A stretch of DNA of 64,000 nt. Source: Microgenomates group bacterium. Lineage in GTDB: Bacteria > Patescibacteriota > Microgenomatia > UBA12405. The DNA lies in NCBI GenBank assembly GCA_049303675.1, contig JBAQNJ010000001.1, positions 199,494 to 263,493 on the forward strand, read 5' to 3'. Shown here piece by piece: positions 26,248-36,171 of the stretch. The first letter of the stretch is position 1, and every line of letters starts with the position of its first letter. A model generated the notes under the pieces. That model was given only the letters and a program-made list of their open reading frames with translations, searched no databases and was not told the origin of the DNA. The translations under genes and the position numbers were made by a program.

Positions 26248-27399
26248 TCTTCTGACCAGCAATATTCCAAAAGGTAGGTCTCTCCCAGGCCCTGCCAAGT
26301 ATTTGCCATTTTGCCACAAGGCAATCGACCCCCCACTATCCAAGTTGATCGCATTTTTTATCCCTAGTCCCACCACCACATTGGCCATTTCTGCTACCGT
26401 ACAATTATATACCAGTCCAATATAGACAGTGTTATCCGTCCCTCCAATAAAGGCTCTGGTACCCTTACCTGATTTCTTTGGGTCCCCATCGCCACTGAAT
26501 TGTGATTGGCCGTTAAATACCAGTAGTGGCTGGCCGGCAATGACACTATCCACTCCGGTGTCCCGTCCCCACTGCGATGACTGCGATACAAATCGTGATG
26601 TTGTCGAAAATATAGCGGCGGGTACAGAACTGTAGACATTATTATCCGAATTAAAATAAACCTTATTTTTGTTCATCATTAGCGTATCAAACGAATTTTT
26701 CTTACTGGCACAAGCAGGGTAGCTGGCTGGACAAAAATATGGTCCATTTATGGCCGCTATTGCCCCCGATCTGGCGGCATAAGTGCCCAGCGACATAACC
26801 GGACAATTATCGCCACAGCTACCATCGCTGGCGGTATCTACTACCACCTTGGTTGTCCGTAGATCAGCACTAATTACTCGGACCGCAAATTCACCGCTAT
26901 TGGTATTTACCGTTTGGGTACCGACTGCCCCACTGGCTGGCACACTTGCCACTGCCCGTCTATCTGATTCCTTCTTAATTTCCAACCCCAATAATTTTAG
27001 TGTTGCCGATGCCGAGGCTATATTTTCCTTTGTCACCCAGTCCAAAGTCTGGGCAAAATACTTATCTATTGTCGCCAATTGTTTTTTATCACTTCGTAGA
27101 TCTATCAAATCTTCATAGCTAATTATTGTTGATTTTAGAATTGTCTTTAGTTCTTTTAGTTCCTTATTTAGATTTTCATTTATCACCACCTGATCACTTT
27201 TTTTAAATTCTTCGTACTCGTTTACTTTTTGTTCCAGCTGTCCGGCCAAATCCAGATTCTTTTTTTGAAGGTTGTTTTGTGTTTCAGTCCAAGACTTTAT
27301 TTGCCGGTCATTAATCCTCAAAATTACCATCACCATCATTCCTAGCAATATTATTCCACCTATCCACAATCCCAATTTTCTCATCTCTAAGTCTACCAA
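26245..27399 (-). CDS. phosphodiester glycosidase (NAGPA-like/DUF2233) family protein with an N-terminal TM helix and a coiled coil
   Basis: The C-terminal domain has AINGPYF...GQPLLVFNG...AINLDSGGS, as in the phosphodiester glycosidase family. Confidence 0.55.
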   Translation of the reverse strand: MVDLEMRKLGLWIGGIILLGMMVMVILRINDRQIKSWTETQNNLQKKNLDLAGQLEQKVNEYEEFKKSDQVVINENLNKELKELKTILKSTIISYEDLIDLRSDKKQLATIDKYFAQTLDWVTKENIASASATLKLLGLEIKKESDRRAVASVPASGAVGTQTVNTNSGEFAVRVISADLRTTKVVVDTASDGSCGDNCPVMSLGTYAARSGAIAAINGPYFCPASYPACASKKNSFDTLMMNKNKVYFNSDNNVYSSVPAAIFSTTSRFVSQSSQWGRDTGVDSVIAGQPLLVFNGQSQFSGDGDPKKSGKGTRAFIGGTDNTVYIGLVYNCTVAEMANVVVGLGIKNAINLDSGGSIALWQNGKYLAGPGRDLPFGILLVRR

Positions 27400-27413
27400 A
27401 TCTATACAATTTT

Positions 27414-27827
27414 TTATCTAAAACTTAATAATAATGCAGCTATTTCCAAGCAGAATAATGAACAAAAGGCTTGGATCGCTATTTTCTTAACTATCCACTT
27501 GGGTTCTGTCCCCCCAAACAACACCCCACTAATTTGGGTTGGTACTATAAACCCAATCCATATAAATCCGGCCATAGCATAGGCGTTCCACTCTGGCTGA
27601 TAGGCCATAAATATAGCTAGGACAAACGTTGTCACTACCGTAATCAAAAATTGAACTACGTATATTGGTCCCATTGATTTCATCATCTTCATCTGGACTT
27701 CTTTGGTTAATTTATCAAATCCGTGTATCCTTCCCCACAGCTTCCCAAAAAAAGCGCTGTACCACACCGCCCCAAATATAAATTGCAGTATGGCAGCCCA
27801 GAGCACAGTCACAAAATTTATATTCAT
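27414..27827 (-). CDS. DUF1761-like small membrane protein
   Basis: 4 TM. Pattern AAILQFIFGAVWYS.... Confidence 0.45.
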   Translation of the reverse strand: MNINFVTVLWAAILQFIFGAVWYSAFFGKLWGRIHGFDKLTKEVQMKMMKSMGPIYVVQFLITVVTTFVLAIFMAYQPEWNAYAMAGFIWIGFIVPTQISGVLFGGTEPKWIVKKIAIQAFCSLFCLEIAALLLSFR

Positions 27828-27936
27828 ATAATTTATTGTACTACCACTTTAGTAGTAGTTAAAAGGGGTTATTTTTCAATTCCTTAGTTCCATTTTTAAC
27901 CAAAATACAATTGGTAAAAATTTTTACTTTCATATT

Positions 27937-29100
27937 CTATTTTACCCTCAATAATTTGTAATAAATTACCCCAATTGACAGCATCAGCAGTTGAACAACT
28001 AGTAGTGATCTCGCTACCCCAAATTTATCGGCCGCCATTCCTACCAATATTGCCGAAATTGAATACAAAATATTCCCCACAAACGAATTAATCGAAGTCA
28101 TGGTCGCTCGCTGCTCGTTGGTAAATTCATTTTGTAAAATTGTACTTTTGGCTACCACACTCGGGCCATATGAAATTGATGCTGTTGCCACCAAAAATGG
28201 TGAGGCAATTGAGGGAAAAATATACGCGGCCAACACCAATACTCGGCAATATACCTCCGAATAAAACAGGACTTTCATAGCCTCGTATTTTGCCACCAAC
28301 TTTCCACTAAAGCGAAAACTGACAAAGCTAGTAAAAAAGTTAATCGACATGACGATATTTGTCGCCCAAAGTGGCAAAAACAAATTATAAAACGCCGACT
28401 GAAAATTCCACAGCACGCCACCCATCGAACCAATCATCTCTGTAATACTTAACAATCGCACTTTTACATTATTTTTGTACATCAACCACGAATCATAAAA
28501 ATGATGTTTTGCACTTTTTATTTCTTTCTTAATAACCTCTGGATCAACAAAACCGAAACTAATAATAATTGCCAAAAATCTAGGCATTATAGAAATAAAA
28601 TACAGTAGTTGCAATGATCTCATCGCCAGTAAGCTACCTGTAAATACCCCTACAAATCCTGCCAATTCTAGCCACGAATTCATCTTGCCATATTCGTGTT
28701 GATAGCGTTCTTTTTTACCTTGACTTTCCAATGTCTCAAATAGTAGTGCATCATTATTACCCGAAAACGCGGCAAAACTAATGCCATCAAAAATTGATGC
28801 CAGTACCAAAATCCAATAATTTAGACCAATGGCATATAAAATTACTGCTATCAGGCTAGCCATCGCCCCAGCTCGTAAACAGTTGCTTCGGCCATATTTG
28901 TCCGAATAGTATCCCAGCGGTATTTCCCCTAATCCCTGACTAATTTGTGATATCGAAAACAGGCTTAGTGCTAGGGTGTATGACCCTGTAACTTGGTAAA
29001 AGTAAATTACTGCCAGTACCGAGTACAGGCGAAAGTTGTGCAGTGAATAAAACAATGTAAACAGTCTTACATTGCCAATATTTTTTAATTTTAAAAACAT
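27937..29100 (-). CDS. MFS transporter (paralog of 4069..5244)
   Basis: 12 TM, and similar to the other MFS protein (for example GNNDALL, LxxxDKxGR). Confidence 0.75.
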   Translation of the reverse strand: MFLKLKNIGNVRLFTLFYSLHNFRLYSVLAVIYFYQVTGSYTLALSLFSISQISQGLGEIPLGYYSDKYGRSNCLRAGAMASLIAVILYAIGLNYWILVLASIFDGISFAAFSGNNDALLFETLESQGKKERYQHEYGKMNSWLELAGFVGVFTGSLLAMRSLQLLYFISIMPRFLAIIISFGFVDPEVIKKEIKSAKHHFYDSWLMYKNNVKVRLLSITEMIGSMGGVLWNFQSAFYNLFLPLWATNIVMSINFFTSFVSFRFSGKLVAKYEAMKVLFYSEVYCRVLVLAAYIFPSIASPFLVATASISYGPSVVAKSTILQNEFTNEQRATMTSINSFVGNILYSISAILVGMAADKFGVARSLLVVQLLMLSIGVIYYKLLRVK

Positions 29101-29122
29101 AATTTTGATAATTTATAAATAC

Positions 29123-29147
29123 AAAAAAAGCCAGTCGGGTGACTGGC
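29123..29147 (-). terminator. rho-independent terminator of the padR-DUF1048 operon (gccagtc-gggt-gactggc plus a T-run on the minus strand)
   Basis: Seen directly. Confidence 0.55.
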
Positions 29148-29304
29148 GATTAATTATCAAAATTAGTTTTTATATTTTTGACACCTCACACACCAGTCCG
29201 ACAAATTGTCGTATCCGAACCTTGGTATGTGACATTGCTATCATAATGAGGTTATTGTAGCATGAAAATATTCCCTGTCAACATTATAGGACTTATATAA
29301 TTAT

Positions 29305-29643
29305 TTACTTTCCCAGCTTTTCTCTAATTTCACGGTTTAGCTTTTCACCCCAATCTTCTGTATACGTTTTGGTATTACGCAGTAGATCATTACAGAATCC
29401 AGTCACGTCCTTTCCCGTAATTTCCAGTACCTGTCTGCCATCCGCGACGCCTGCTTCAAATAAATCAATCAGTTCGTATTGCACCTTCAACATATCCATA
29501 CCATCCCCACCATCATGATTCCACATATAACTTTGAATTTTCTTGTATACAAATTGATAATCTTCTGGCATTGCATTGACCCGTGCCATCATCATTTTAT
29601 ATTCTCTTTTATCGTTAATTAGTTTTTTGAAAAAATCTAACAT
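29305..29643 (-). CDS. DUF1048-like protein (common partner of PadR regulators)
   Basis: Position and size fit. It is directly coupled to padR with a 1-nt gap. Confidence 0.45.
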   Translation of the reverse strand: MLDFFKKLINDKREYKMMMARVNAMPEDYQFVYKKIQSYMWNHDGGDGMDMLKVQYELIDLFEAGVADGRQVLEITGKDVTGFCNDLLRNTKTYTEDWGEKLNREIREKLGK

Positions 29644-29644
29644 C

Positions 29645-29968
29645 TTAAATTTCCTTCTTTAACTTATAAATTTTTTTGAAGACAAAATCACATTTCTCCC
29701 AAAATGTTTTTAGTTCTTCTCTCCCTTTTTTATTAAGAGAATAGAATTTACGACTCGGTCCCATATCAGATGATTTCTTTTCAATATTGACCAATTTGCT
29801 ATTTTCTAGCCTCAATAATATTGTATAAACCGTCCCTTCCACCACATCATCAAAACCTAATGCATTTAATTTCTTCGTAATTTCATACCCATAAATTTCT
29901 TTTTTGCTAATAATCTCTAAAACACATCCTTCGAGGATGCCTTTTAGCATTTCGGTTAGGTCATTCAT
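29645..29968 (-). CDS. PadR-family transcriptional regulator
   Basis: GYEITKKL...GTVYTILLRLENSKLV is a PadR winged helix. Confidence 0.8.
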   Translation of the reverse strand: MNDLTEMLKGILEGCVLEIISKKEIYGYEITKKLNALGFDDVVEGTVYTILLRLENSKLVNIEKKSSDMGPSRKFYSLNKKGREELKTFWEKCDFVFKKIYKLKKEI

Positions 29969-30126
29969 ATTTTTCTTTCACTACTAAGTGGTCTTAAGTA
30001 CCTCTATATAGTAATACTAAGTAGTTAGTCTGTCAATATGTTAAAACAGGACAAGTGAAGTTTAATCCACCAACATCTTGGCAAAGCAGGTGAGTCTAGT
30101 AGCTTTATACTCTATAGGTTTCCATC

Positions 30127-30561
30127 TTAACCAGCTAGGCCTTTTTCCCAAATTGACAAAAATTCGGGGTGAAATTTTTCACCACTATCTATCATTTTTT
30201 GAATATTAACCAAATCAAAAAATTCAATTTTACTCAATTCATCAGAGTTTATTTTAAAAGGACCGTTATGTTTAATTTTATAGATAGTTGCCTCTACCTC
30301 TCTGTTAATATTTGGTAGCCAGCCTGAGTATTGTAAATGCTCTTGACCGATAAGTACCACATCTCCCTCAATACCCAACTCTTCAAACAATTCTCTGTTG
30401 GCCGCCTCTATTTGACTCTCGCCTTCATCAATATGTCCACCAGCCGAAAAATCCCAATGGTCCGGAAATGATTTATCCCCAGAACTCCTCTTTTGTAAAG
30501 CTAGCTCGCCCTCATTGTTGTAGATAAGAATATCTACCACATAGTGGTGTTCAACAACCAT
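30127..30561 (-). CDS. NUDIX hydrolase
   Basis: Nudix box GGHIDEGESQIEAANRELFEELGI. Confidence 0.8.
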   Translation of the reverse strand: MVVEHHYVVDILIYNNEGELALQKRSSGDKSFPDHWDFSAGGHIDEGESQIEAANRELFEELGIEGDVVLIGQEHLQYSGWLPNINREVEATIYKIKHNGPFKINSDELSKIEFFDLVNIQKMIDSGEKFHPEFLSIWEKGLAG

Positions 30562-30630
30562 GCCTTATATATAACATATTAGCGGTGGCAGAACAGGTGA
30601 ACCTTAACTGCACCCTTATGATTAAAACCA

Positions 30631-30798
30631 TTATTTATTTTTCTTGGCAAAGAAAAATAGGTATATTATTGCTCCACCAAACATAACCTTAGCCCACCAG
30701 CTCAGGTCAGCAACAAACATCCACAATCCAGAAAATAGACCCTTAAATCCTGCTACTACTAAGTCACCATAAAACTTAATCCAAGTCTCACCTGTCAT
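30631..30798 (-). CDS. unannotated 55-aa hydrophobic, Trp-rich peptide
   Basis: Hand translation: MTGETWIKFYGDLVVAGFKGLFSGLWMFVADLSWWAKVMFGGAIIYLFFFAKKNK. It is co-directional with its neighbours. Confidence 0.3.
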   Translation of the reverse strand: MTGETWIKFYGDLVVAGFKGLFSGLWMFVADLSWWAKVMFGGAIIYLFFFAKKNK

Positions 30799-30868
30799 TC
30801 AAATAATTCTACCATCAACAGAATTGTGTAATAGACAAGTCTGGAGCCTTTCTATCTCTATATAACAA

Positions 30869-31135
30869 TTATTTTATAAATAAAGCGCCAATCGACATTA
30901 AAAGTGAAACAATTGAGATTAATAAAGCCCAATTACTTCTTGCCTCAGCATTCTTCTTAAACCTCATTTCCCTCTCAATGTCTATCTCCTGTATTAGTGA
31001 CTCTTTTTCAACGTTATCTCTGCTTCCTTTCTCGCCATTATATAAGCCGCCTACGAATCCCAATCTGCGTTGTTGTAATTCTGTGTCAGACAGTTTTGTC
31101 AGGTCAGTTTTAAATTTATCGTCATGTACTACCAT
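30869..31135 (-). CDS. small tail-anchored membrane protein (88 aa)
   Basis: Charged N-terminal part and a C-terminal TM helix (WALLISIVSLLMSIGALFI). Confidence 0.4.
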   Translation of the reverse strand: MVVHDDKFKTDLTKLSDTELQQRRLGFVGGLYNGEKGSRDNVEKESLIQEIDIEREMRFKKNAEARSNWALLISIVSLLMSIGALFIK

Positions 31136-31287
31136 AGCAAAGTATACTACATAAAATGATCACACCATCCACACCTTGGAAGCCATACAGCAGATGTTGG
31201 AGTGAAAATTATTTCAGCGATAAAGACTAAATTTATTCTCCGCAATAAAGAATTGACGATCAAATCATGAATAATATTAAAACCAAC

Positions 31288-31884
31288 TTACTTTAATTTA
31301 CAATAAAGTTTACTTACATCATTAAACCAATCTTTATGATAGGTATTTAGATATTCTTCCATGTTTTTTAAAGCAACAAGCATTTTATTTAAAACATCTA
31401 TTTGATTAGAAACACCTTGGGTTTCGTTTGTATTATAAGCTGACAAATCATAATTTCCATAAGGATGAGCGAACTCGTTTCTTATTCTATTAACGGTATT
31501 TATACTTTCTTCTAACTTCTTCTTCATTTTTGGGTCATATTCATTAACATTTTTTAAAAACGTCTTTAAAATAGCATGAAATTCCATATTTGATATAAGT
31601 CGATGAACTTGAATTGAAACATCACCCATAATACTTCCTCTTAAATCTACATTATTGATAGTTTTATCTTCTTCAATTGTTTTAAAAGAGGCTCGTGTTA
31701 TCGAAGCAGCCATCCAGTCCTCAAGTCTTGCATGTGTATTAAAAACGAAGGTTCTTAATTTTGGAACGCCTTTCGGAAATTTTCCTTCCAGATGTGCACT
31801 AAGAACTTTCATTATTCTTTTTCTGTCTGCTACTTGAGTCATATTAAAGAGGTTTGTCCTGTGTAGAGTAACCTTTATTCTCAA
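31288..31884 (-). CDS. HEPN-domain (Rx4-6H) protein, possibly Abi-like RNase
   Basis: RIRNEFAHPYG contains the R-x4-H HEPN catalytic signature (R[ND]xxAH as in Abi_2). The alternative start MTQ at 31842 abuts the upstream gene stop. Confidence 0.5.
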   Translation of the reverse strand: MRIKVTLHRTNLFNMTQVADRKRIMKVLSAHLEGKFPKGVPKLRTFVFNTHARLEDWMAASITRASFKTIEEDKTINNVDLRGSIMGDVSIQVHRLISNMEFHAILKTFLKNVNEYDPKMKKKLEESINTVNRIRNEFAHPYGNYDLSAYNTNETQGVSNQIDVLNKMLVALKNMEEYLNTYHKDWFNDVSKLYCKLK

Positions 31885-32344
31885 TATATTTTAGAAAGTC
31901 CTCACCCAACTTTTCAATTTTGTAGTAATTACCCGAGACAGACAATAATTGATTATCTTGTAAATACTGTGTAATAAATGGCGTGATCCAGCCATCGTAT
32001 CTATCTGTTTTAGACTTTATTATTTGTTGGAAATAATTACTAACATAACCACAATCAAGACCGCGCCCCTTAATAGATCCTTCCCGTAATAAAACTAAAA
32101 ATCTTAATTGTGCACCAGTCATTTTTTCATAGAGATTTTCCATCAAATCATCATGTTTCCCCGTCTCTTTTTTGGTCTGATATTGTCCACTGAAGATAAT
32201 TTTAAAAAGATCTTTGAATGCCAGCTCCTGAAGGTTAGCTTTGTTTAATAGATTTGAAATATCACTTTTTAAAACAAAAAATACTACGATTACGACTACC
32301 GGCCAAGAAATAATTATTCGGAATATATCGATTAGATAGGACAT
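31844..32344 (-). CDS. N-terminal single-TM protein (166 aa) translationally coupled to the HEPN gene
   Basis: TM helix IISWPVVVIVVFFVL, then a soluble domain of unknown fold. Confidence 0.5.
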   Translation of the reverse strand: MSYLIDIFRIIISWPVVVIVVFFVLKSDISNLLNKANLQELAFKDLFKIIFSGQYQTKKETGKHDDLMENLYEKMTGAQLRFLVLLREGSIKGRGLDCGYVSNYFQQIIKSKTDRYDGWITPFITQYLQDNQLLSVSGNYYKIEKLGEDFLKYIENKGYSTQDKPL

Positions 32345-32509
32345 AGTGGATTATATCAACAAACAACGAAACACCCCATTACTGGCTATTTTAGCGGAAA
32401 ATGCCAGTATTTACGAATATTTACCAACAGGTTAGGGAAAACCCAGAATACTGAGCGGGTTGGGTAGAACTTTGAACGTTTGGCGGCGAACCATTGACGC
32501 AGTTAGAAC

Positions 32510-33118
32510 CTATTTTGCAGATAACGCCTTAGTAATTTCGCTTACCCCTTCCTCTGGTTTAGTTTGATCAAAAAGCAGTGTATTCCAACCCATTTCCCTT
32601 GGAATAACTAAATTTTTCTCTTGGTTATCCACAAACAAAATCTGCTCAGATCTTACCCTGTATTCGCTCTGGGCCAATTCATAAATTTCTCTATTTGGCT
32701 TTTTAATTCCCAGATTGCACGACAATAATATTTTTTGATATTTAATATCTGGTATTAAACCTGTTTTTATCATCTCCTCCCACATCCCCGAGTTAATATT
32801 TGAGATGACACCGATCTCTATCTTTTTAGCCATGTTATGGATAAATTTTCCTATCGGTTTGACTGGTTTGTAGTCTGATACCCACCATTTTACGAAATCA
32901 TAATCTTCCGCGCTTTTAAGATGAAAATAATCTACGCATTTTCTCCAAAACTCCCCGGTTTTAATTTTTCCATTAATCAAGTCATGTTTATGCTGGATAT
33001 AAAAAGCTAAAAAATCATCAAAATCTAAATTAAAATCTTTACAAACCTTTTGAAAATAATGACCACAATCCACTATGACATCGCCAATATCAAAGTAAAT
33101 AAGCTTAATCATGCGCAA
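32510..33118 (-). CDS. HAD-superfamily hydrolase
   Basis: Motif I YFDIGDVIV, motif II SNINSG, motif III K (GIKKP), motif IV FVDNQEKN. Confidence 0.75.
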   Translation of the reverse strand: MRMIKLIYFDIGDVIVDCGHYFQKVCKDFNLDFDDFLAFYIQHKHDLINGKIKTGEFWRKCVDYFHLKSAEDYDFVKWWVSDYKPVKPIGKFIHNMAKKIEIGVISNINSGMWEEMIKTGLIPDIKYQKILLSCNLGIKKPNREIYELAQSEYRVRSEQILFVDNQEKNLVIPREMGWNTLLFDQTKPEEGVSEITKALSAK

Positions 33119-33135
33119 TTATACATTGTCACGAC

Positions 33136-33220
33136 ATTGGCGGAGGAGGCGAGATTCGAACTCGCGAGTCCTTGCGAACGCGCGCTTTCCAAGCGCGTGC
33201 CATACCACTAGGCGACTCCT
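33136..33220 (-). tRNA. tRNA-Ser (anticodon GGA), long variable arm, CCA encoded
   Basis: Folded by hand. Acceptor GGAGGAG/CTCCTCC. Anticodon stem CGCGC/GCGCG with loop TTGGAAA. T-loop GTTCGAATC. Confidence 0.85.
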
Positions 33221-33457
33221 CCAAACTGTTTGTTAAGCCATACCATTACCTTGCCAATCCGAAGCCTAGGCGAAGGATGGGGCGATTTGCCTTGCCAAAG
33301 ATTTAGCGAAGGCAGGCTCCTCCATATACAGAATGTTCCTATTATCTCATTTAGTCTCGCCAAATCCAACTTTATGTTTACTAAAGTCTCCCTTGTTTAC
33401 CCGACTTTAGAGGGTTAAAGGCGTGTGGTCCCAGAAGTGGGAGAGATTTAGAGGGAT

Positions 33458-33943
33458 TTACCGAGCGGGGGATTTTATCCCCATTCTCCCCGCTACTTTT
33501 TTCAGCAACAACTTCTCGCTCTCAAAAGCTATTTTATGTAGAGCCTCCTCATAGCTCACCCACACCCGATCCAATACCACCTCACTATCATAATATTTCA
33601 AGTTACTCTCTCCCACATATTCCATCAAAAAGAAGGTTACTTTTTTGATTATTTTTTTCTTTTTCAATTTATCCCAAATCACATAATCATTGGATCCTAC
33701 CTTGGTAATTACCTTACTTTTTATCCGCCCTTCCTCTTCCACCTCGCGAGTAGCTGTTTGTTTTAGCACCTCTCCCTCCTTGATATGACCCTTGGGAAAC
33801 TTGAAAATAGTTTTGTGTCGCTTGTTGGCAAAGGTTTTGATTAGCAAAAACAGCAATTTATCACCCTCTTTTTTATAGACAATTCCCCCCGCCGACCTCT
33901 CATCATAATACAAATTTTCGCTTTCGCTGATTATTTTATCCAC
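33458..33943 (-). CDS. NUDIX hydrolase
   Basis: Nudix box GHIKEGEVLKQTATREVEEEGRI. Confidence 0.8.
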   Translation of the reverse strand: MDKIISESENLYYDERSAGGIVYKKEGDKLLFLLIKTFANKRHKTIFKFPKGHIKEGEVLKQTATREVEEEGRIKSKVITKVGSNDYVIWDKLKKKKIIKKVTFFLMEYVGESNLKYYDSEVVLDRVWVSYEEALHKIAFESEKLLLKKVAGRMGIKSPAR

Positions 33944-34029
33944 CCTCTATTATAACCTACCTATTCTCCGTCTCTGCTTTTTTATAGTACTTTTTACTTT
34001 ATAAACTTTTAACTTTACAAACTGCCATG

Positions 34030-34101
34030 TGTTCCTGCCGAGAGTCGAACTCGGATCAATCCCTTCGGAGGGGATCATCTTATCCATTGGACTACAGGAA
34101 C
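34030..34101 (-). tRNA. tRNA-Arg (anticodon CCG)
   Basis: Acceptor GTTCCTG/CAGGAAC has 7 bp. Anticodon stem ATCCC/GGGAT with loop CTCCGAA. T-arm CCGAG-TTCGACT-CTCGG. The D-stem is weak, with one mismatch. Confidence 0.7.
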
Positions 34102-34149
34102 CTAGCCTGTATTTTATCCTATTTTTATGATATAAACCAAACTATTCAA

Positions 34150-34425
34150 ATGAAACGGATTACCGTTGAATTTAGTCAAAAACAAGCCAATCAGCTCTAT
34201 TCTTATGGGGTTGCCTTAGGTGATGACAGGTCCATCAATATTACCCAACATGTCGTCAGAGAGCTTTATCGTCATTGTACTGATGCCGAAAAGAAGGCCG
34301 AGAAAGATAGGCGGTCTCCCACTTTTTGGCAACTGCATGACCAAATTCTTAGAAAAATTGATGACGCTAATCTAGCAACTTTCGAGTCAAGTCCCCGTCG
34401 AAAGTCTAAACGTTTCTCTTTTTAG
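34150..34425 (+). CDS. hypothetical protein (start trimmed to MKRITVEF, since the longer ORF overlaps the tRNA)
   Basis: ORF only. Confidence 0.35.
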   Translation: MKRITVEFSQKQANQLYSYGVALGDDRSINITQHVVRELYRHCTDAEKKAEKDRRSPTFWQLHDQILRKIDDANLATFESSPRRKSKRFSF

Positions 34426-36133
34426 TCTGTAGATTCCACAATTTTTGATAGACGCCTTTTTTGGCTAGCAATTTATCATGTTTTCCTTGTTCGACAATTT
34501 TGCCGTTGGCTAGCACCACTATATTATCCGCATCCCTCACTGTCGAAAACCGATGGGCCACAATAATCACTGTTCTACTCTTGGACACTTCTTCCAATGC
34601 CACCTGAATCATTTTTTCCGACTCAGAATCCAAATTGGATGTCGCCTCATCAAATACCAATACTTTTGGGTTTGTCAGTAGCGCCCTAGCAATCGCCAAT
34701 CGCTGTTTTTGGCCCCCACTTAGTTTTATTCCCCGTTCCCCCACCACCGTATCCCAGCCACTTGGTAGCTTGTCTATAAATCCCACGATGTTTGCCTGTT
34801 CAGCTACCGTCAATATTTCTTCCATTGTCGCTTCTTCCCTACCATAGGCCAAATTATATTTTATAGTGTTGTTAAACAGGACCGGTTCTTGGGGTACCAC
34901 CGAAATAATCGACCGTAAATTATTCTTGGTCATCTTTTTAATATCCACCCCGTCGATCAATATTTTTCCCCTAGTAGTGTCATAAAACCGCAACAATAGT
35001 TTGACCAGAGTTGTCTTCCCCGTCCCCGATCTACCCACAAACGCTACTTTACTTCCGGCTTTAATCACCAAATTTATCCCATCCAGCACTTTTTGTTGAT
35101 TTTTTGGATAGACAAAACTCATGTTCTTAAATTCAATCTTGCCCTTACTTTTAGAAATAGTTTTGGGATGGGCCACATCTTTTACCGTTGTCTCATTGTC
35201 CAATATTCCAAAATAGACCTCGAGATCAATTACATGTTTGGCAATACTCCGAATTTGCGAAAACAGGTGAAAAAACTGGAAATGAATCGAAGTCACAAAT
35301 CCAGACACCATAATCACATCACCCAGAGTTAGACCCTTATTCAGCTTGGATATCGACAGGTAGAGCATGATTAGCATTCCTGTAGCCGACACCGTCCCTA
35401 TACTTATGTCCATTAGCCTAAATGTGTTCGAATAGTCCCAGACTGCCTTTTTCCATTCTACAAATTTGTTGGCCAGCCTTTTTTCTTCTTTCTTTTCCGC
35501 CGCAAAGTATTTGACCGTATCATAATTGATCATCGTGTCGGTAATTATTCCGGAAACTTCATCCTCCGATTTATTGAAGGCCGCTCTCTTACCCAAGTTT
35601 TTTCTAATCAACCAAAAAATTAAGCCCATGTTAATCACAAATAATCCCAGAAGTGTTACTCCAATTGATGTATCCGCACGGAACAAAAACCATAGGGCAA
35701 TTGTGATATAAATTATCGTCCAATAAATTTCCTCAAATACAGCCGAAAATATGGCATCCACCGCCCCATCGCCTCGCTTGAATGCGCTAATAAGTGAGCC
35801 AGTATTCTTGTCCACATGGTAGGCAAAGTCGAGGTCGAGTACTTTTTTAAAAACTACTTTTCGAATCCTCTCCGATATCGGGATTTTTATCAAATCCGCC
35901 AAAAAATACATCAGCGCATTCACCATATTTCCTCCAATTACCACTACCCCCAGCATTCCCAAATACCAATAAACATTTACTTGTCTATTAGCCTCTGCAC
36001 TATCCAAAATCATTTTCATGGTCCACGGCCTCATCGATTCCGCCACCACCGACAGGGTGTTCATCATCATAAACGCCACCATTTCTAGCTTGTAATACCC
36101 CAAAAAATAGAAAAATCTCCTCACTACCTTCAT
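34406..36133 (-). CDS. ABC transporter permease/ATP-binding protein (exporter, 6 TM plus NBD)
   Basis: Walker A GRSGTGKTT, signature LSGGQKQRLAIARAL, Walker B LVFDEATS. Confidence 0.85.
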   Translation of the reverse strand: MKVVRRFFYFLGYYKLEMVAFMMMNTLSVVAESMRPWTMKMILDSAEANRQVNVYWYLGMLGVVVIGGNMVNALMYFLADLIKIPISERIRKVVFKKVLDLDFAYHVDKNTGSLISAFKRGDGAVDAIFSAVFEEIYWTIIYITIALWFLFRADTSIGVTLLGLFVINMGLIFWLIRKNLGKRAAFNKSEDEVSGIITDTMINYDTVKYFAAEKKEEKRLANKFVEWKKAVWDYSNTFRLMDISIGTVSATGMLIMLYLSISKLNKGLTLGDVIMVSGFVTSIHFQFFHLFSQIRSIAKHVIDLEVYFGILDNETTVKDVAHPKTISKSKGKIEFKNMSFVYPKNQQKVLDGINLVIKAGSKVAFVGRSGTGKTTLVKLLLRFYDTTRGKILIDGVDIKKMTKNNLRSIISVVPQEPVLFNNTIKYNLAYGREEATMEEILTVAEQANIVGFIDKLPSGWDTVVGERGIKLSGGQKQRLAIARALLTNPKVLVFDEATSNLDSESEKMIQVALEEVSKSRTVIIVAHRFSTVRDADNIVVLANGKIVEQGKHDKLLAKKGVYQKLWNLQTKKRNV

Positions 36134-36171
36134 ATCTTCATTATATGTTATTCCCCAAACTCTGGCAATAA

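Noticed and set aside
34027-34149. N-terminal extension of ORF 34027..34425
   Set aside because: It overlaps tRNA-Arg (CCG) on the opposite strand. It was trimmed to the internal Met.
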